From Chloroflexota bacterium (GTDB taxonomy: Bacteria > Bacteroidota > Ignavibacteria > Kapaibacteriales > UBA2268): a stretch of 64,000 nt of DNA. Where the stretch lies: NCBI GenBank assembly GCA_050260015.1, contig JBLNBN010000060.1, forward strand, positions 974 through 64,973, in the 5' to 3' direction. The notes below the pieces were generated by a model. That model was not told where the DNA came from and ran no database searches. It was given only the letters and a program-made list of their open reading frames with translations. The translations under genes were made by a program, and so were the position numbers. Position 1 is the stretch's first letter; every line of letters starts with the position of its first letter. Positions 46,720 through 56,697 of the stretch are shown piece after piece.

Positions 46720-48216
46720 ATGCGGCTCCTTTCCACTAAAATACGGCTGATTATAATACTCTCTTTACTCGCGGCTAATGGCGGTCAGGAGCTGTTTTCG
46801 CAAGTTACTTTCGAGCGCCAGGCCCAGTCGTTATTGAAAAAATATCTTTTTTTAAGGCAGACATTCGACAAAACCTCCGCCGTCCTTGGGGAACAAATAA
46901 CCGTATCGTACAAGCTATACGCGCACAAGGATTTACGTATCGTAGATCTTCAGGACTTCAAAGCGCCTGCATTCCAGGGCTTTTGGACTACAAACGTCGA
47001 TCTCGGAGAACTCAAGTACGAGGATGTCGAACTCTCCGGCGTTCCATATCGGGTATCGGAGATAAAAAGGGTGATTATTATCCCGCAGAAGGGCGGCGTA
47101 CTTACTCCCGAACCGATGGAAGTACAGGCGATCGTTCAGCTTCGAACGGAACGGCGCCCCGACGGCTCGATAGCGACAACATTGACCGGGACTACCGGGC
47201 CAACTGTAGAGTTTAAAGACTTTCGAAGCGTGTTCGCCTCCTCGCGCCAGTCAATACGCGTTAAGCCTCTCCCGGCAGGCGCCCCCGCTTCATTTCATGG
47301 CGCGGTGGGGAACCTCGATATGCAGGCCTGGATAAGCAAGAGCGAGACCCTTACGGACGAACCTGTGACGCTAACGATAAAGATCCGCGGCGAGGGGAAT
47401 CTTGACCTTATTAACACGCCAAAGCTCTCGCTCCCCGTTGAGCTGGAAAGTTACGAACCAAAGGTTTATAGCGACGTTAAGGCCGGCTTTGACGGAATAA
47501 CGGGAGCCGTTACATTCGAGTACTATCTTCAACCCCGAAAAACAAGACTTTACGTTCTGAAACCATTCGAATTTACCTTTTTCAATCCAACTACAGGACA
47601 ATACGTTACGGAAAGAAGCGGCGAATTCTTTTTAAATGTTCGGCAGGGCAAGCCAGGCGAAGTATCGGGTTTAAGAAAAGAAGAAATCAAGCTGCTTGGG
47701 CGCGATATAATGTACATAAAGGACGCTCCCACGGTGTTCCATAAGATGTCGGAAGCTTTTTTCGGATCGCCGCCATTTCTCTTCTTGCTGTTTTCACCGA
47801 TTGCCCTGAGCGCCATATTTATCGTTTATATAAGGCGCAGAAGGGCTCCGCGTGGCTCGGAATACCTGATAAGGTCAAAGTTAGCCGGCGCCAACGCCAA
47901 GCGCGGCCTTGCGAAGGCGAAAAAGTACGGCGAATTCGGCGCGGGCGAAGAATTTATGGCCGAGATTAATAAATCGCTGTGGGATTACCTGTCCGACAAA
48001 TTATCCATACCGAGAGCGTCGATTTCAATTAACGCGGTCGCGGCTGTAATGAAAGTGAGGAATTACGATCCTGAATTAATTAACGAAGCTATATTGTTGC
48101 TAAGCGAATCCGACAGGTTGAGATATGCGCCCAGCGGGGAAACCAGCCTGTCCCCGGTTGAAATTTACGACCGGGCATGCGCTTTCGTATTAAAGATAGA
48201 AGAGGAAGGCGTATGA
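46720..48216 (+). CDS. BatD-like protein
   Basis: 498 aa, with a signal peptide and a C-terminal TM. It occupies the BatD position in the operon. Confidence 0.55.
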   Translation: MRLLSTKIRLIIILSLLAANGGQELFSQVTFERQAQSLLKKYLFLRQTFDKTSAVLGEQITVSYKLYAHKDLRIVDLQDFKAPAFQGFWTTNVDLGELKYEDVELSGVPYRVSEIKRVIIIPQKGGVLTPEPMEVQAIVQLRTERRPDGSIATTLTGTTGPTVEFKDFRSVFASSRQSIRVKPLPAGAPASFHGAVGNLDMQAWISKSETLTDEPVTLTIKIRGEGNLDLINTPKLSLPVELESYEPKVYSDVKAGFDGITGAVTFEYYLQPRKTRLYVLKPFEFTFFNPTTGQYVTERSGEFFLNVRQGKPGEVSGLRKEEIKLLGRDIMYIKDAPTVFHKMSEAFFGSPPFLFLLFSPIALSAIFIVYIRRRRAPRGSEYLIRSKLAGANAKRGLAKAKKYGEFGAGEEFMAEINKSLWDYLSDKLSIPRASISINAVAAVMKVRNYDPELINEAILLLSESDRLRYAPSGETSLSPVEIYDRACAFVLKIEEEGV

Positions 48217-48965
48217 AAATTCTTACAACGCTAATTATATTAATTAGCGCCTTATCGCTATATGCGCAGGAACCGAGCGAAACGTTCTACCGGGCCTCTC
48301 GCGAATACGCCAAGGGCAATTACAAGAAAGCGTACACGCTATTTAAGAAAATCGAGAACACGGGGTATGTTTCCGCCGAGGTTTATTATAATATTGGCTG
48401 CTGCAGCTACAAGCTGGGTAAAAAAGCGGAGTCGATACTCAACTTCGAAAGAGCGAAGAAATATAAACCAAACGACGACGATATCTCCTTCAATTTAAGA
48501 ATGGCCAACCTTCGCATAATTGATAGGATCGACCCGCTCCCTCAACCGCTTTTTGTACGGGTTGTACGGCAAGCTCTCGGTTATCTGTCCGCCGACGCAT
48601 GGTCGGGTTTGGCTATAGCGTGCGCCTGGATAGCGGCTATTTTCATTGCCCTCTACTATTGGAGCTGGAAGCCGCGCGAGAAGAAGATATATTTCTTTTT
48701 AGCAATAACCGCGGGGTTAGCCGTTTTTATTACATACGGGCTCGCCTATTGGTCCTATAAAGAGTTAACCGATAACTCGAACGCTATTGTTTTCTGGGAG
48801 AGCGCGTTAGTAAAATCGGCGCCGGACGAATTCGGCTCGCCTCTGTTCGAATTGCATGAGGGCAGCAAGCTGGAGATACTGGACTCGCAGGGCGGATGGC
48901 GGAAGATTAAGCTGCTCAACGGGGCGCAGGGGTGGCTGCGCGAAGAGGCGCTGGTTAGAATATGA
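48213..48965 (+). CDS. TPR + SH3b protein (BatE-like)
   Basis: An N-terminal TPR, a TM segment, and a C-terminal SH3-like region GSKLEILDSQGGWRKIKLLNGAQGWL. Its ATGA overlaps the batD stop. Confidence 0.55.
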   Translation: MKILTTLIILISALSLYAQEPSETFYRASREYAKGNYKKAYTLFKKIENTGYVSAEVYYNIGCCSYKLGKKAESILNFERAKKYKPNDDDISFNLRMANLRIIDRIDPLPQPLFVRVVRQALGYLSADAWSGLAIACAWIAAIFIALYYWSWKPREKKIYFFLAITAGLAVFITYGLAYWSYKELTDNSNAIVFWESALVKSAPDEFGSPLFELHEGSKLEILDSQGGWRKIKLLNGAQGWLREEALVRI

Positions 48966-49040
48966 TTTGGAAAATCGGCGAACTTCGCTTATTTTGTGCT
49001 CTGAAATTGGATTATTTACTTAATAACCGACTTATTTAAT

Positions 49041-49556
49041 ATGAAAAAATTACTGTTACTTATAGTATTAGCGGCGTCTTTCGGCAGCTTTTCTTGCCAG
49101 GAAGACAACGAACCCGCCTCTTCTGAACGACTTACGATAGAGGAAATGAGCTCGATGCCGGGTTATATATGGGTTAAGGATAGAATGGCGACCTATCAGC
49201 CCGATAGCGTAACGATTGAAAAATTACGCTCCCTGCCCAAGGATGGCTATAAAGTTTATGCATTCGTAGCCGGCGATTGCGATTGCGGCTCTAATAGAAA
49301 GTATTTTTCCGAATTAGCGAAAGTGATATCGCTGATCGATCTTCCCGACACATCTGCGGAATACTACGCTATGCCAAACAAACGATCGAAGCACCCCTAT
49401 ACCTCGATTCTGAACATAAGCAGCCTGCCCGCATTTTATGTCGTTAAAAACGGAACCCCGGTATATTCAGTAATGGATACGGTCAACCTGGTTCTGGATA
49501 AAAAGCTCAGCTACCCGAGCAAGATTGAGGAATGCCTTTACGAAGCTATGAAATAG
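49041..49556 (+). CDS. Hypothetical lipoprotein, possibly thioredoxin-fold
   Basis: Lipoprotein-type signal MKKLLLLIVLAASFGSFSC. Contains a CDCG motif. Confidence 0.45.
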   Translation: MKKLLLLIVLAASFGSFSCQEDNEPASSERLTIEEMSSMPGYIWVKDRMATYQPDSVTIEKLRSLPKDGYKVYAFVAGDCDCGSNRKYFSELAKVISLIDLPDTSAEYYAMPNKRSKHPYTSILNISSLPAFYVVKNGTPVYSVMDTVNLVLDKKLSYPSKIEECLYEAMK

Positions 49557-49559
49557 AGA

Positions 49560-52316
49560 TTATAAGCCGTTTTTACTAACGGTTTTCACTACTACAAGAG
49601 TCATATCGTCGAATTGCTCCGCGGGCGCGCTGAACTCGGCTACGTCCGCGAGCAAAGCCGCTTTAATCGCCGCGGAGCTTTCTCCCGATCGTTGCGTGAG
49701 AAGGTTTAGAGCGCGGCTCTCGCCGTATTCCTCGCCCTTAGGGGTACGGGATTCAAGTATGCCGTCGGTTATAAACAGGAAGACGTCCCCGTTCTCATAA
49801 TGCAGCTCGGTTTCGCAAATATTGACGTTAAAGGTATCCGAATTGCAAGCCCCAAGCATTATACCGGCCGGCTTAATAATTTCAATCGTCCTCGATGCGG
49901 CCCTGTACCAATAAAGCGGCAAATGCCCGGCCCGCGCAACTACCATCTTATTTTTTGACGTATCGATGTAAGCGGCCAAAGCCGTGACAAAGGAATTACG
50001 CTCAATATCGCAATATAGCAGCTTGTTGGTCTTAATAAAAAGATCCCTGGGCGACTCCGAATATTCCTGCAGAGTGCGCAATATACCCTGGGTCTTCGAC
50101 ATATATAGCGCGGCGAACGCTCCTTTTCCGCTAACGTCCCCGGCAATAACGGAGACCAGTCCGTTCCGGAAATTCGCTATATCAAAAAAGTCGCCTCCCA
50201 CCTCGAACGCCGGGTAGGATCCGCCGGCAATATCGAGCCCGGCGACGGCCGGGGCTTGCTTCGGCAGGGAAGCGAGCTGTATCTTCCTGGCTATTTCCAG
50301 CTCGTGCTTTATGCGTTCCTGCGAGCGAAGGTCCTCGTATAGGTAGGAATTTTCTATCGCTATGGCCGCCTGGCTGCAGATGGAGTTAAGAAATTCGAAA
50401 TCCTCGGAATTGTATTCCGTCTCCGAGAGCTTGCTGCCAAGCAACAAAACGGCAAGAATATCCGATTTAGAAATGATCGGAACAAAGAATTTAAACTTCG
50501 CTTCCTCGAAGGCTTTGCGTACGTCGCCCTCGAGGTACTCGGCGCGAACCGGGCCGCTGCGCCTTTTCGCTCTTTCGTAGAGTACGTCGCAATTTAGCAG
50601 CAAAGTTCTTTCGGCTTCCGCTTTATCCGCCGGAGAATAGAAATACTCGTAAATGCATCGCGAGTCCTTGAAGAAAAAGATCGCAACTTTATCTATCTTA
50701 AAAAGCTCCGCAATTTTATCGGACATCTCGAAAGCGAGTTCCTTTATCGAAATCTTCTTGCTTATTATCTCTACGATTTCGTTAAGCGCGCGCTTGAAGT
50801 CGTAGCGCACGCGATCGTACTTGCGATCCAGGGCGCCTATAGCAATGTCGGCGCTTTTCTTTAAGATATAGCCGGCCGATAGAGTAAAGACAAAGAACAG
50901 GAAGCTATCGTAAACCTTTTCGCGCTGCGGATTCATTCTTTTATCGAGTATTTCTATCGACGAGCCGGTAAATTGTACGTTCGGCAAAGCAAGATCAATT
51001 TTTGAAAATACGACTAAAAGATAAATGAAAAAGATTACGAAGAAAGCACGGATAGCGTTCGAAATGAGAAGATATTGAGTGTTGCGCCTTAGATTAAGGT
51101 CAAGATCGAACGTTCTGTATCTTAAGATAATCCAAAAATAAGCGCATGGAATGGCCAGCGCCGCGAGTATATTCAGATAATCTAGAGCCTTCCAGTACTT
51201 TTGAATATAATCGCCAAGCCAGGAGAGCTGGGACGTAACCACGAGCGTTAAATGCAGCATATAGACCCCCGCTATCAATAAGCGCGGCCTCAAGCTGCGT
51301 CGCAGTATCCCTTGCCTGTAACGAATAAGATAATACAAAAATACGGTTATATAGAAAAGCCAGTAGGACACTAATACGAAGTCAATTACTTGATTTCGAA
51401 ATGATGAGGAAGCATAAAATATTAAGTTAGTAAACAATAAAAAGAAAAGCGTAACCCCGCCGAAAACCGTAATCCGCAAGGACTTTCGTTGAGTTATGAG
51501 GACGTTTTCCGCCGGCAGGTAAAATAGCGCGATCAGTGCGACCGCGTAAGACATATGGTAAAAGAAATTTACAGTAAAAAGCGAAATTTTCATCGCGTCC
51601 GGGTTGGTCATTAAATTGCTTATTTGCCCTGCCACGCATACGAACCCAAACGCCCAAAGCGATGTGGCGGCCAGGCGCGCCCCGGGAAGCGACCCCCGCT
51701 TTTTCATTAGTATTATCGACAGCATTAAGCATAATGCGCCGGCCAGGAACACTCCCACATATTGGATCTTAACGCCGAACCGGGCTAACCTCAAGTTAAC
51801 GTTGAATACTTTCGCATTGCGTAAAATCTCGTAGGAATATTCTTTTTCATAGCTAAAGCTCTTCAGCAGGGAGTCGGCCTGGTATGCGTTTTCAAACGTC
51901 TTGCCGTTTATCTTAGTAATGATATCGCCCGGCAATATGCCCGCGCGTTCGCTTGCGCCGTCGCGCTCGGTTGAAAGCACGAATACGCCGGACTGCAGGA
52001 CTATTAGCGAGTTCTCAGGCAATTCGTTCGATCGGATGCGTACGTCATAAATCCCTTTCCTTTTAAAGCTGAAGACTTTAACGTTAATCACCGAGGAGGA
52101 GTCTATATTATTAAGAGCGTCGATGAAATCCGTGATTTCCTTAACGCGGACGCCGTTTATTTCCGTGATAAAATCGCCAACTAAAATCCTGCCTTTAAGC
52201 GAGCCTCCCGACAAAGTATCGTTCTCCACGGCTTCGCCAACGTACAGCCTCGAAGGAAGATTCGTAAACCTGTTCTCGTCGGTGACTATCTGCGCGTTCA
52301 GATAAAAAAGCGCCAT
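49560..52316 (-). CDS. Multidomain signalling protein: PDZ x2, polytopic membrane region, GAF and a PP2C/SpoIIE Ser/Thr phosphatase
   Basis: The SpoIIE/PP2C domain shows GGDFFDI and AGDVSGKG. Two PDZ domains (GDFITEINGVRV, GDIITKINGKTF) and about 8 TM helices. The start is uncertain (52316, an internal TTG, or 52508). Confidence 0.65.
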   Translation of the reverse strand: MALFYLNAQIVTDENRFTNLPSRLYVGEAVENDTLSGGSLKGRILVGDFITEINGVRVKEITDFIDALNNIDSSSVINVKVFSFKRKGIYDVRIRSNELPENSLIVLQSGVFVLSTERDGASERAGILPGDIITKINGKTFENAYQADSLLKSFSYEKEYSYEILRNAKVFNVNLRLARFGVKIQYVGVFLAGALCLMLSIILMKKRGSLPGARLAATSLWAFGFVCVAGQISNLMTNPDAMKISLFTVNFFYHMSYAVALIALFYLPAENVLITQRKSLRITVFGGVTLFFLLFTNLIFYASSSFRNQVIDFVLVSYWLFYITVFLYYLIRYRQGILRRSLRPRLLIAGVYMLHLTLVVTSQLSWLGDYIQKYWKALDYLNILAALAIPCAYFWIILRYRTFDLDLNLRRNTQYLLISNAIRAFFVIFFIYLLVVFSKIDLALPNVQFTGSSIEILDKRMNPQREKVYDSFLFFVFTLSAGYILKKSADIAIGALDRKYDRVRYDFKRALNEIVEIISKKISIKELAFEMSDKIAELFKIDKVAIFFFKDSRCIYEYFYSPADKAEAERTLLLNCDVLYERAKRRSGPVRAEYLEGDVRKAFEEAKFKFFVPIISKSDILAVLLLGSKLSETEYNSEDFEFLNSICSQAAIAIENSYLYEDLRSQERIKHELEIARKIQLASLPKQAPAVAGLDIAGGSYPAFEVGGDFFDIANFRNGLVSVIAGDVSGKGAFAALYMSKTQGILRTLQEYSESPRDLFIKTNKLLYCDIERNSFVTALAAYIDTSKNKMVVARAGHLPLYWYRAASRTIEIIKPAGIMLGACNSDTFNVNICETELHYENGDVFLFITDGILESRTPKGEEYGESRALNLLTQRSGESSAAIKAALLADVAEFSAPAEQFDDMTLVVVKTVSKNGL

Positions 52317-52491
52317 CCCGCCAAGCAGAAAAATAACGCCGGTTGTTATGATAAAATATCTGTATATCAATATGTAATTATCTTTTCTCAAATAATGCGC
52401 TTGATGATGAAACTTTAATACTATACATTTGCAAAATACTAAAAGTTTCAATAATATTGCCGTCCGTAAAAATATAGTGCGAGAAAAATTA

Positions 52492-53166
52492 ATGAAAGAA
52501 GAGATCATTGCGTATTTAAAGACGCTTAGGAACGAGCGCAACATCGAGGGAATGGGGCGCTTTGGTATAAATAACGCGCATGCGCTCGGAATTGGGATGG
52601 AAGCTTTAAGAGAAATAGCGAAGCCTATCGGGAAAAATCATGAATTGGCGCGCGAACTTTGGCGTGACGAGATACACGAAGCCAGGATACTCGCGGCGAT
52701 TATCGCCGATCCTAAGAAGATAACTAAAAGCGACGCCGAGGAACTGGTGTCGCTATTTGATTCCTGGGACTTTTGCGATCAATTTTGCATGAAAGTCTTC
52801 CCAAGATCGCCGTTCGGTTGGGAAAAGGCTTTTGAATGGACGGAACGCGAGCACGAATTTGAGAAACGATCGGGGTTCGCATGCTTTGCCGGGCTTGCGG
52901 TACATGATAAGAAAGCTGTCGACGATCTCTTTTACCCATGCTTCGACTCAATTCTCGAAGGGTCGACGGACGAACGTAACTTTGTCAAAAAAGCGGTTAA
53001 TTGGGCACTTCGCCAAATCGGTAAGAGAAACGATAATTTGCTCGAAGCCGCCAGGGAAACTTGCTACAGGCTAATATCCGAAAAGGGCTCCGCTTCAAGA
53101 TCGGCGCGATGGATAGCGCGCGACGCGCTGAGGGAGTTCGAAAAACGCTCCCTGCGAAATCTATAA
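52492..53166 (+). CDS. DNA alkylation repair protein (AlkD-like HEAT-repeat glycosylase family)
   Basis: About 224 aa with a HEAT-like composition. The start is taken at MKEEIIAYL. Confidence 0.55.
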   Translation: MKEEIIAYLKTLRNERNIEGMGRFGINNAHALGIGMEALREIAKPIGKNHELARELWRDEIHEARILAAIIADPKKITKSDAEELVSLFDSWDFCDQFCMKVFPRSPFGWEKAFEWTEREHEFEKRSGFACFAGLAVHDKKAVDDLFYPCFDSILEGSTDERNFVKKAVNWALRQIGKRNDNLLEAARETCYRLISEKGSASRSARWIARDALREFEKRSLRNL

Positions 53167-53187
53167 ACAATACTACCTGTCGCCGGC

Positions 53188-53967
53188 TTATTTCCCTTTA
53201 AAGTTAGGGCTTCGCTTCTCCAGAAAAGCGGAAGTACCCTCCAAGAAATCTTCGGAAGCGCAAGCGGCGCCGAATTCTCGCGATTCGTGCGTAAGTCCGT
53301 CCCGTATGTCGGCTGATTCGGCGAGCCTAACGCAACGAATAGCTGCGGCCCTCGCTATGGGGCTCTTCGAAAGTATAATTTGTAGCTTTTCTTCAGCTTT
53401 TACGATTAGTTCGTCCCGCTTAAAAACTTCGCTTACGATGCCTAAAGCAAGAGCCCTTTCGGGGGTAAATTGTCTGCCGGAAAGTATAGCTTCAAGAGCG
53501 TTGGATTTGCCGATTAGCTTGGTAAGTCTTTGGGTGCCGCCGTAACCCGGTATTACCCCCAGGGACAGCTCCGGGAGGCCCATACGGGCGTTTTCCGAAG
53601 CGTAGCGTATGTGGCAGGCCAATGCCAGTTCGAAGCCTCCCCCGAGCGCGTAGCCGTTAATTGCGGCTATTATAGGTTTCGAAGAATTTTCTATCTTGCT
53701 GAAAATCGATGAGCCAAACCTTGAGAATTCTTCCCCGGATTCGGCTGCCGCCCGAAGCTCCTCGATGTCCGCGCCGGCGGCGAAAGCCTTTTCGCCCGAC
53801 CCGGTAATTATCAATCCTTCGATCGAGCCGGCGTCGTGGAAATGATTTAACGCGTCGCTGAGTTCCGATAAAAGACCGGAATTAAGCGCGTTCAGTTTTT
53901 GGGGACGCGAAAGACTCAGCAGGGCGTAATTCCCTCGATTTTCCCAGAGTAGGTTTTCGTATTCCAT
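53188..53967 (-). CDS. Enoyl-CoA hydratase/crotonase family protein
   Basis: 259 aa. ALNALN...ITGSGEKAFAAGADI and an oxyanion-hole GGG motif. Confidence 0.8.
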   Translation of the reverse strand: MEYENLLWENRGNYALLSLSRPQKLNALNSGLLSELSDALNHFHDAGSIEGLIITGSGEKAFAAGADIEELRAAAESGEEFSRFGSSIFSKIENSSKPIIAAINGYALGGGFELALACHIRYASENARMGLPELSLGVIPGYGGTQRLTKLIGKSNALEAILSGRQFTPERALALGIVSEVFKRDELIVKAEEKLQIILSKSPIARAAAIRCVRLAESADIRDGLTHESREFGAACASEDFLEGTSAFLEKRSPNFKGK

Positions 53968-54055
53968 TAGCTTTGAATTGTAAAATTAAACAAGTAAATT
54001 TGTAATCTTATACGGCGATACCGATAAATAATTTTTAGATTGGCGGCTAACATAA

Positions 54056-55627
54056 ATGAAAATACGTAACTTATTAATATATATCCTAATTATAGTATTC
54101 TCGCTTTCAGTTCCCGAGTGGAATTCCGGCGAGGCTCATTCCGCAAGAAGAACTACCAAAGTAAAGTCAAAAAAGGCCCCTGCCAAGAAGAAATCATCCC
54201 TGGCGCGAGCTTCCAAAAAATCTAAGAAAAAGTCAAAATCAAAAAGATCTAAATTCGGCAGGCGAAAAAAGGGCAGGCGCAGCAGGAGGGGCCCGAGAAT
54301 CGTTCGTATAGCGACCGAGAATAAGACGGTTCTTTCCGATTCGCTCTTGCACCGGGGCGTTCGCTATCAAAGAATTATGATAGGGGATAGCTCCCGACAT
54401 CATATCGTTCACGTTGTCGCAATGGACATGAACAACAGCGGCTGCGCTATCGAGGCAATAAAAGCGGGCGGCAAATGCTCCGAGTTGGAGAAGCTGCAGT
54501 GCATTACGCGGCATTACGACTCCGTTAGCGAGGAAGGCCGCACGCTCGCAGCCGTTAACGCTAATTTCTGGACCGCCTACAGCAATACTCCTATCGGGCC
54601 GGCTATCTCTAACGGGGAAATAATTGAATTTTCTTCGCACAAGTCCTGGAGCAGTTGCTTCTTCAACGAAGAGGGCGATCCGTACTTCGATCGGTTTAAG
54701 CTCAGCGGCAGCTTCAGGCGCGGCAGACGGGGCAAAATATACGATATCGAGCAGGTTAATCGCAGGTCGGATTCGCTCGGCATTTGCCTGTATAATCGTT
54801 TCGGCGGAGACACTATCCCGTACGTGACCGCGAGTAAATTAAAAAGACAAATAGAAAAGGCCTGGAGCGAAAAGGCCGGCGAGGAATTTATGGACGACTC
54901 CACCGAGACGGCTCTTGACTCCGCTCAAATCGCCGAGCAAATTACCCAGGACGCTATAAGCGAAAGCAAGGAGTTTTCGCATAGAAAATTGCTTTTGCAG
55001 TATGCCGACGAACCGGCCATAAATAGATCTTATCCATGCGTTATAATCGGTTTCGCAGACTCAGCCGCAGCCCCTATGCCGAAAGAAGGCTGCGTACTGT
55101 CATTTGGAAAAGACTTTCCGCGCGACGAAAATTTTAGGATTGGAGATACGCTTTTCTTCAACTTTGAAACAAACGTAAATCCCGACGTGGTCTTTTACGA
55201 CGCCGTGAGCGGCACCCCCCGGCTTGTCCGGGAAGGAGTGGCCTCGCACGAAGCTCAGCGCGAGGGCTCGACCGCGACGAGATTTGTAAGCCACAGCTTG
55301 CCGCGAACTGCGATAGGCGTCGACGCCTATAACGAAAAATTCTATTTAGTCGCCGTAGAGGGCACGAAAAGCTCGGAGGGGCAGTACGGCGCGTCCCTCT
55401 CGCAAATGGCCCAAATAATGGCTGCAGTGGGCTGCTACGATGCAATGAATCTTGATGGCGGCGGTTCGAGTATGATGTCTTTGAACTATAAAAATCTATT
55501 TAACCCAGCCAGGCCCGATTCAGGCAGAAGGATTTCCGTTGGGATCGCCATAGTCGCCCCCAAGAATGGAGATCAATCGTTCGGCTATCCCATCGGCGAG
55601 AAACCTCCCGCGCTCGGTCAGCGTTAA
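54056..55627 (+). CDS. Phosphodiester glycosidase family protein (DUF2233/NAGPA-like) with an N-terminal polybasic tract
   Basis: Signal peptide, then a 60-aa K/R/S-rich tract. The C-terminal core carries AMNLDGGGSSMM. Confidence 0.55.
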   Translation: MKIRNLLIYILIIVFSLSVPEWNSGEAHSARRTTKVKSKKAPAKKKSSLARASKKSKKKSKSKRSKFGRRKKGRRSRRGPRIVRIATENKTVLSDSLLHRGVRYQRIMIGDSSRHHIVHVVAMDMNNSGCAIEAIKAGGKCSELEKLQCITRHYDSVSEEGRTLAAVNANFWTAYSNTPIGPAISNGEIIEFSSHKSWSSCFFNEEGDPYFDRFKLSGSFRRGRRGKIYDIEQVNRRSDSLGICLYNRFGGDTIPYVTASKLKRQIEKAWSEKAGEEFMDDSTETALDSAQIAEQITQDAISESKEFSHRKLLLQYADEPAINRSYPCVIIGFADSAAAPMPKEGCVLSFGKDFPRDENFRIGDTLFFNFETNVNPDVVFYDAVSGTPRLVREGVASHEAQREGSTATRFVSHSLPRTAIGVDAYNEKFYLVAVEGTKSSEGQYGASLSQMAQIMAAVGCYDAMNLDGGGSSMMSLNYKNLFNPARPDSGRRISVGIAIVAPKNGDQSFGYPIGEKPPALGQR

Positions 55628-56692
55628 AAGATTTCCGTTTAATTTTGCCAAACCTTCCTTTTGCAGGTCGACAACGAAAGGAAGGTTTTTTATTTTCGGG
55701 GCGTCGTAGCCTTCGGCGGAAAAATCGTCCAATTTCATCCCTTCCGCCCGCAGCCCGAGATAAATCTTTTCTATCGTTATCTGCTCCGCTGTAAGCGCTT
55801 CTGTCTCTATGACCGCATTCCCGTCTCGATTGATTAATCTGACGTATTCGCGAAGGTCCGCCACATTTTTCTTCCTCTCGCCGTTTAAATACGAATGCGC
55901 GGAAGGGCCGAATGCGTAATACTCCCCGCGCCGCCAGTAGTGCAGGTTATGCAGGCATTCGAAGCCGGGCTTGGCAAAGTTCGATATCTCGTACCTGCTT
56001 AAACCGGCGGAGCCAAGTATCTTCCCTGCGTCGAAGAACATTTCCGTATCCTCGTCCTCTTCGATTATCTTTAGAGCGCCCCTTATATAACGTTTATAAA
56101 GCGGCGTGCCCTCCTCGTAAATTAAGCTATAAGCCGATATGTGCGAAACCGGCAATTCAATCGCCCTGGAAAGGGAATACCTCCAGGACTCCGGAGTCTG
56201 CCCCGGCACGGCGAATATAAGATCAAGGCTTAGATTTTCAAATCCAGCTTTAGCGGCGGTTTGGACTGCCGCTTGCGCTTCCCCGGCCGTATGAATTCTA
56301 TTAAGGAATCGCAGCTCGCTCGGCACAAAGGATTGTATACCAATGCTAAGTCTATTTACTCCAAGCGAGCGGTAGTCGGCGAAGAATTGGCTTTCCGAGG
56401 CGCCCGGGTTGCATTCCATAGTAAATTCTATTGCGTTCCCGACGTCGCAGTGTTCAGAGAGGGCGAGTAAAATTCGCTCCAGCGATGCCGGCGGAAGCAG
56501 CGAGGGCGTCCCGCCGCCTATAAATACGGAAAGCGGAGAGAACCTCTCCGCTTTGCTCATGTTAGAATGAATTTCCTTGATAAGAGCGTCCAAGTACACA
56601 TCGGCCATTTGCAGCGACGTAATGGAATAAAAATCGCAGTACGAGCATTTACGCTTGCAAAAGGGATAATGAATGTAAATAGAACGCGACAT
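55520..56692 (-). CDS. hemW: Radical SAM heme chaperone HemW (HemN-like, oxygen-independent coproporphyrinogen oxidase family)
   Basis: YIHYPFCKRKCSYCDFYS (CxxxCxxC), 390 aa. Confidence 0.8.
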   Translation of the reverse strand: MSRSIYIHYPFCKRKCSYCDFYSITSLQMADVYLDALIKEIHSNMSKAERFSPLSVFIGGGTPSLLPPASLERILLALSEHCDVGNAIEFTMECNPGASESQFFADYRSLGVNRLSIGIQSFVPSELRFLNRIHTAGEAQAAVQTAAKAGFENLSLDLIFAVPGQTPESWRYSLSRAIELPVSHISAYSLIYEEGTPLYKRYIRGALKIIEEDEDTEMFFDAGKILGSAGLSRYEISNFAKPGFECLHNLHYWRRGEYYAFGPSAHSYLNGERKKNVADLREYVRLINRDGNAVIETEALTAEQITIEKIYLGLRAEGMKLDDFSAEGYDAPKIKNLPFVVDLQKEGLAKLNGNLLTLTERGRFLADGIAERLISILGGDYGDPNGNPSA

Positions 56693-56697
56693 AATTC

